A stretch of DNA of 63,362 bases, the filler included, from Dimorphilus gyrociliatus (lineage: Eukaryota > Animalia > Annelida): NCBI GenBank assembly GCA_904063045.1. It is 5 parts of 5 records of this genome, joined end to end, with 100 filler letters (N's around TTAATTAATTAA, not from the genome) between each part and the next. Parts side by side here need not be neighbours in the genome. Positions count along the whole stretch, not along the records: positions 55,714 to 63,362 come from CAJFCJ010000205.1; 4 more parts are not named here. One strand, 5' to 3'. The translations under genes were made by a program, and so were the position numbers. The notes below the pieces were generated by a model that did no database searches, had not been told where the DNA came from, and saw only the letters and a list, made by a program, of their open reading frames with translations. Positions 60,900 through 63,362 of this stretch are shown here, one piece after another. How positions within the stretch are numbered: position 1 is the stretch's first letter; every line of letters begins with the position of its first letter.

Positions 60900-62510
60900 A
60901 TAATCTGTTATTTTGTTAGTATATTATTGTATTTTTCAGACAGCTATCATAATTTTAAATTTCTTTCCTTCTTTTTATAAAGTTGATAACTTTAATATCT
61001 TTTATACACCCATTAATGCTTTAACTGATAAAAATTCATTGAGATCCCATTTAATTTGGATAATGCATAAACAATATAATCCAACAACTGCTGACGAGAT
61101 ATACTTTACTGAAGAACATAAACAATACAAACCTTCTTTCATTAAAAGAAGTTTTAGATTGAGGAGGACTGTTTGGACTTGACAACAAAGATGAGGTGAT
61201 ACATTCCATCATCTAATTCATTTAGGCTCATTTGCTTACTATTACTTTTTTAGGTGTTTCAAGCAATTCATTTGTTCCATGAATTGGGAACAATACAACA
61301 TTTTGAAAATGAATATTTAAAGAATAAGGTTGTTGTTAATCCTCAATGGATTGTAGATGATATGTCCTGTGTGATCTCTGTTCATGAGAATTCAGTAAAA
61401 GTAAGTTTGAAAGATTGTTTGAGGAAAGCTTTTGATTTAACCCTGAAATCATTTATATAATCAAGAATGGTAAATTACTAAATCATAATATTTCTAAAGT
61501 ATGGCCACAGCCCATTTATCCTTCAAATTTACATAATTGGTTTATAAGACTAACTGAGGAATTTGACCTGTCATTTCCTCTAAAATCAGAATCGGCAAAT
61601 CTAATTCCTTGTCTTCTTCCATCAATTGATTCTGAAGTGAGTAGCAAATATTTTTATTCTCTCACTTTTATAACTCTCTCATCGTGAATTTAATAGAATA
61701 TTTGGAAAGAAGATATTTTGACTGAGCAACATATTCAAACAAAAATGACTTATATTTTTGATTATCTTCCATCTGGACTCTTAAATAGAGTTCAGGTAAG
61801 ACTTTCATCAATACAGTGATGATGTTAAATTATGGAAAGATGGATCATTTTTAAAAAAGAATATACATATAGGATTTATTAGAGAGAAAGAGTTTGTAAC
61901 ACAAAAAAATTGGTAAATTTCTACCAAAATATTAAAATTTTCATTTAATAAATCAACTGTTCAAGTTGAAGTTAGAGGACCACAACCAAAAAATAGGTTA
62001 TTTCTTATTCATGAGGTTTTTGAAAGCTTAATTACAGAGTCTTTTGCTGGGGTAAAATACAACTACTACCTACCTTTACAGTGAATGTGTTTATCTTAGA
62101 AAATCAGATACCTCTATGCTACCATCTACAAAAATCAGAAGGGTCTTGGCTTTCAAAGTACCATTTGTGCAGTGTTACAATTATTTCCATACATTGTCCT
62201 TAAATCAAATCTAAAGTAAAACTTTTAAGTATGAAAAGTTGATTGTTATGTTTTACTTATCCTTCATTCTAGATATGCTACTGCCTGGAAGTAGTTTTGT
62301 TTTTAAAGGCTACAGTGGCAGAGAAGTTCATGCTAGGCCTCACTGTTTTATCAGTTACTCTTGGAGTAATTCTATATAGATCCTAGAGATCTGAAAAATA
62401 AGCTCGAAAAGGCTGGAATTAAATGTTGGATGGACATTGAACAGGTCGGCGAAACAGGCCTTTATCAGAATATTGCAGAAGGTCTTAAAAAAGCTAAAGT
62501 TAGGGATGGC
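60900..62510 (+). pseudogene. Roco-family gene remnant: COR domain + TIR-like domain (multi-exon, with stops)
   Basis: FLFHELGTIQHF..VVVNPQWIVD; LIPCLLP; FDYLPSGLLNRVQVR; VEVRG; LKNKLEKAGIKCWMDIEQVG..LYQNIAEGL; short GT-AG introns. Confidence 0.65.
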
Positions 62511-63362
62511 ATATTCCATTGGACACTGAAAGTTTTATTAAAGGAATAAAGTGACAACTCATCAATTTTATTTAGTAAAGCCCTTTCAAATTTCCTCTAT
62601 TTTGTTGCTATTTCAAACCCAATTCTTCAGAAATTGCTCTATTACAGTGCTCATTGCATGAATCTAAAGAAGACAACCGATTTTAATGACATTGCTTTGT
62701 AAGATTTTTAAAGACTGGTTTAAAAAACATTTAATGATATAATCATAGATACTTTTTCTCACAAAAACTGATATGTTTATTTACTATGAAGAGCAAGTGA
62801 TTGATTGCCTATTGACTATTAAAATAGTAACATCAATTTTTTAACGTCCTTGCACAAAGTTTATAATAGACTGAAAGCATTACTTTTTAAAATTTCTTTT
62901 GAAAGCTTCTTTTTGAAGGCATTTTCTGATAAGACTTGCAAGTTTATCCATATCATTGCTCATTTTCGCCTGTCGTTCAGCAGTCAAACAGTAAACATTG
63001 AGATAAAAAAAATTACCCCAGAAAGAGAATGAAAAATATATATATATATATCTAGGTTTGTAGTGACTGAAAAGTTTACTTTCATAAAGATATTTTCTTC
63101 TATAAAGTTGTCGTCTTTGAGTTTTAAAGAATGTTTCTTGACAAAAGTTAATGCTTTACTAATATTCATTGCCAGATTAAAGATTTTGATAATAGACTCA
63201 GTTTGTGTATATTGAAATAGAGAATAATTATCAATGGACAATTCATTTACTATAAAATTCTCATTAAAATGTTTTCAAAATTCGAGACCTAAAAAAGAAA
63301 CTAAACAAAAATATTTTGAATAATTTTTAAAAACAAACAGTCATTTTTTATTTTCACTCTAA

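Overview
This window is not one locus. It is five eukaryotic contigs joined by identical 100-bp spacers (44 N + TTAATTAATTAA + 44 N) at 22281, 35706, 46569 and 55614, apparently in descending size order. Contigs 1, 2 and 4 (1-22280, 22381-35705, 46669-55613) look microsporidian. They are extremely AT-rich with intronless genes and CCC/GGG motifs just upstream of the ATGs. They carry SmF, an amino-acid transporter, a VIT-vWA protein, a family of secreted alternating 24/25-aa LRR proteins, a ~1263-aa orphan protein and many transposons (Ginger-type integrase, Merlin/IS1595-like, MULE, Ty3/gypsy, LINE). Contigs 3 and 5 (35806-46568, 55714-63362) look metazoan, probably an invertebrate host. They have short GT-AG introns, a signal-CBM14x2-TSP1-C1qx3 gene, a GPCR tail spliced in frame to a kinase-like domain, a PAN-domain gene, a COR-TIR (Roco) remnant and an endogenous viral class III-like envelope gene apparently split by an inversion. 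Many genes carry single-base frameshifts that look like unpolished sequencing errors. The best leads are the cryptic parasite/host mixture, a compact multi-hairpin RNA candidate at 2667-2822, the GPCR-pseudokinase fusion, the split viral fusogen and the secreted di-LRR family.
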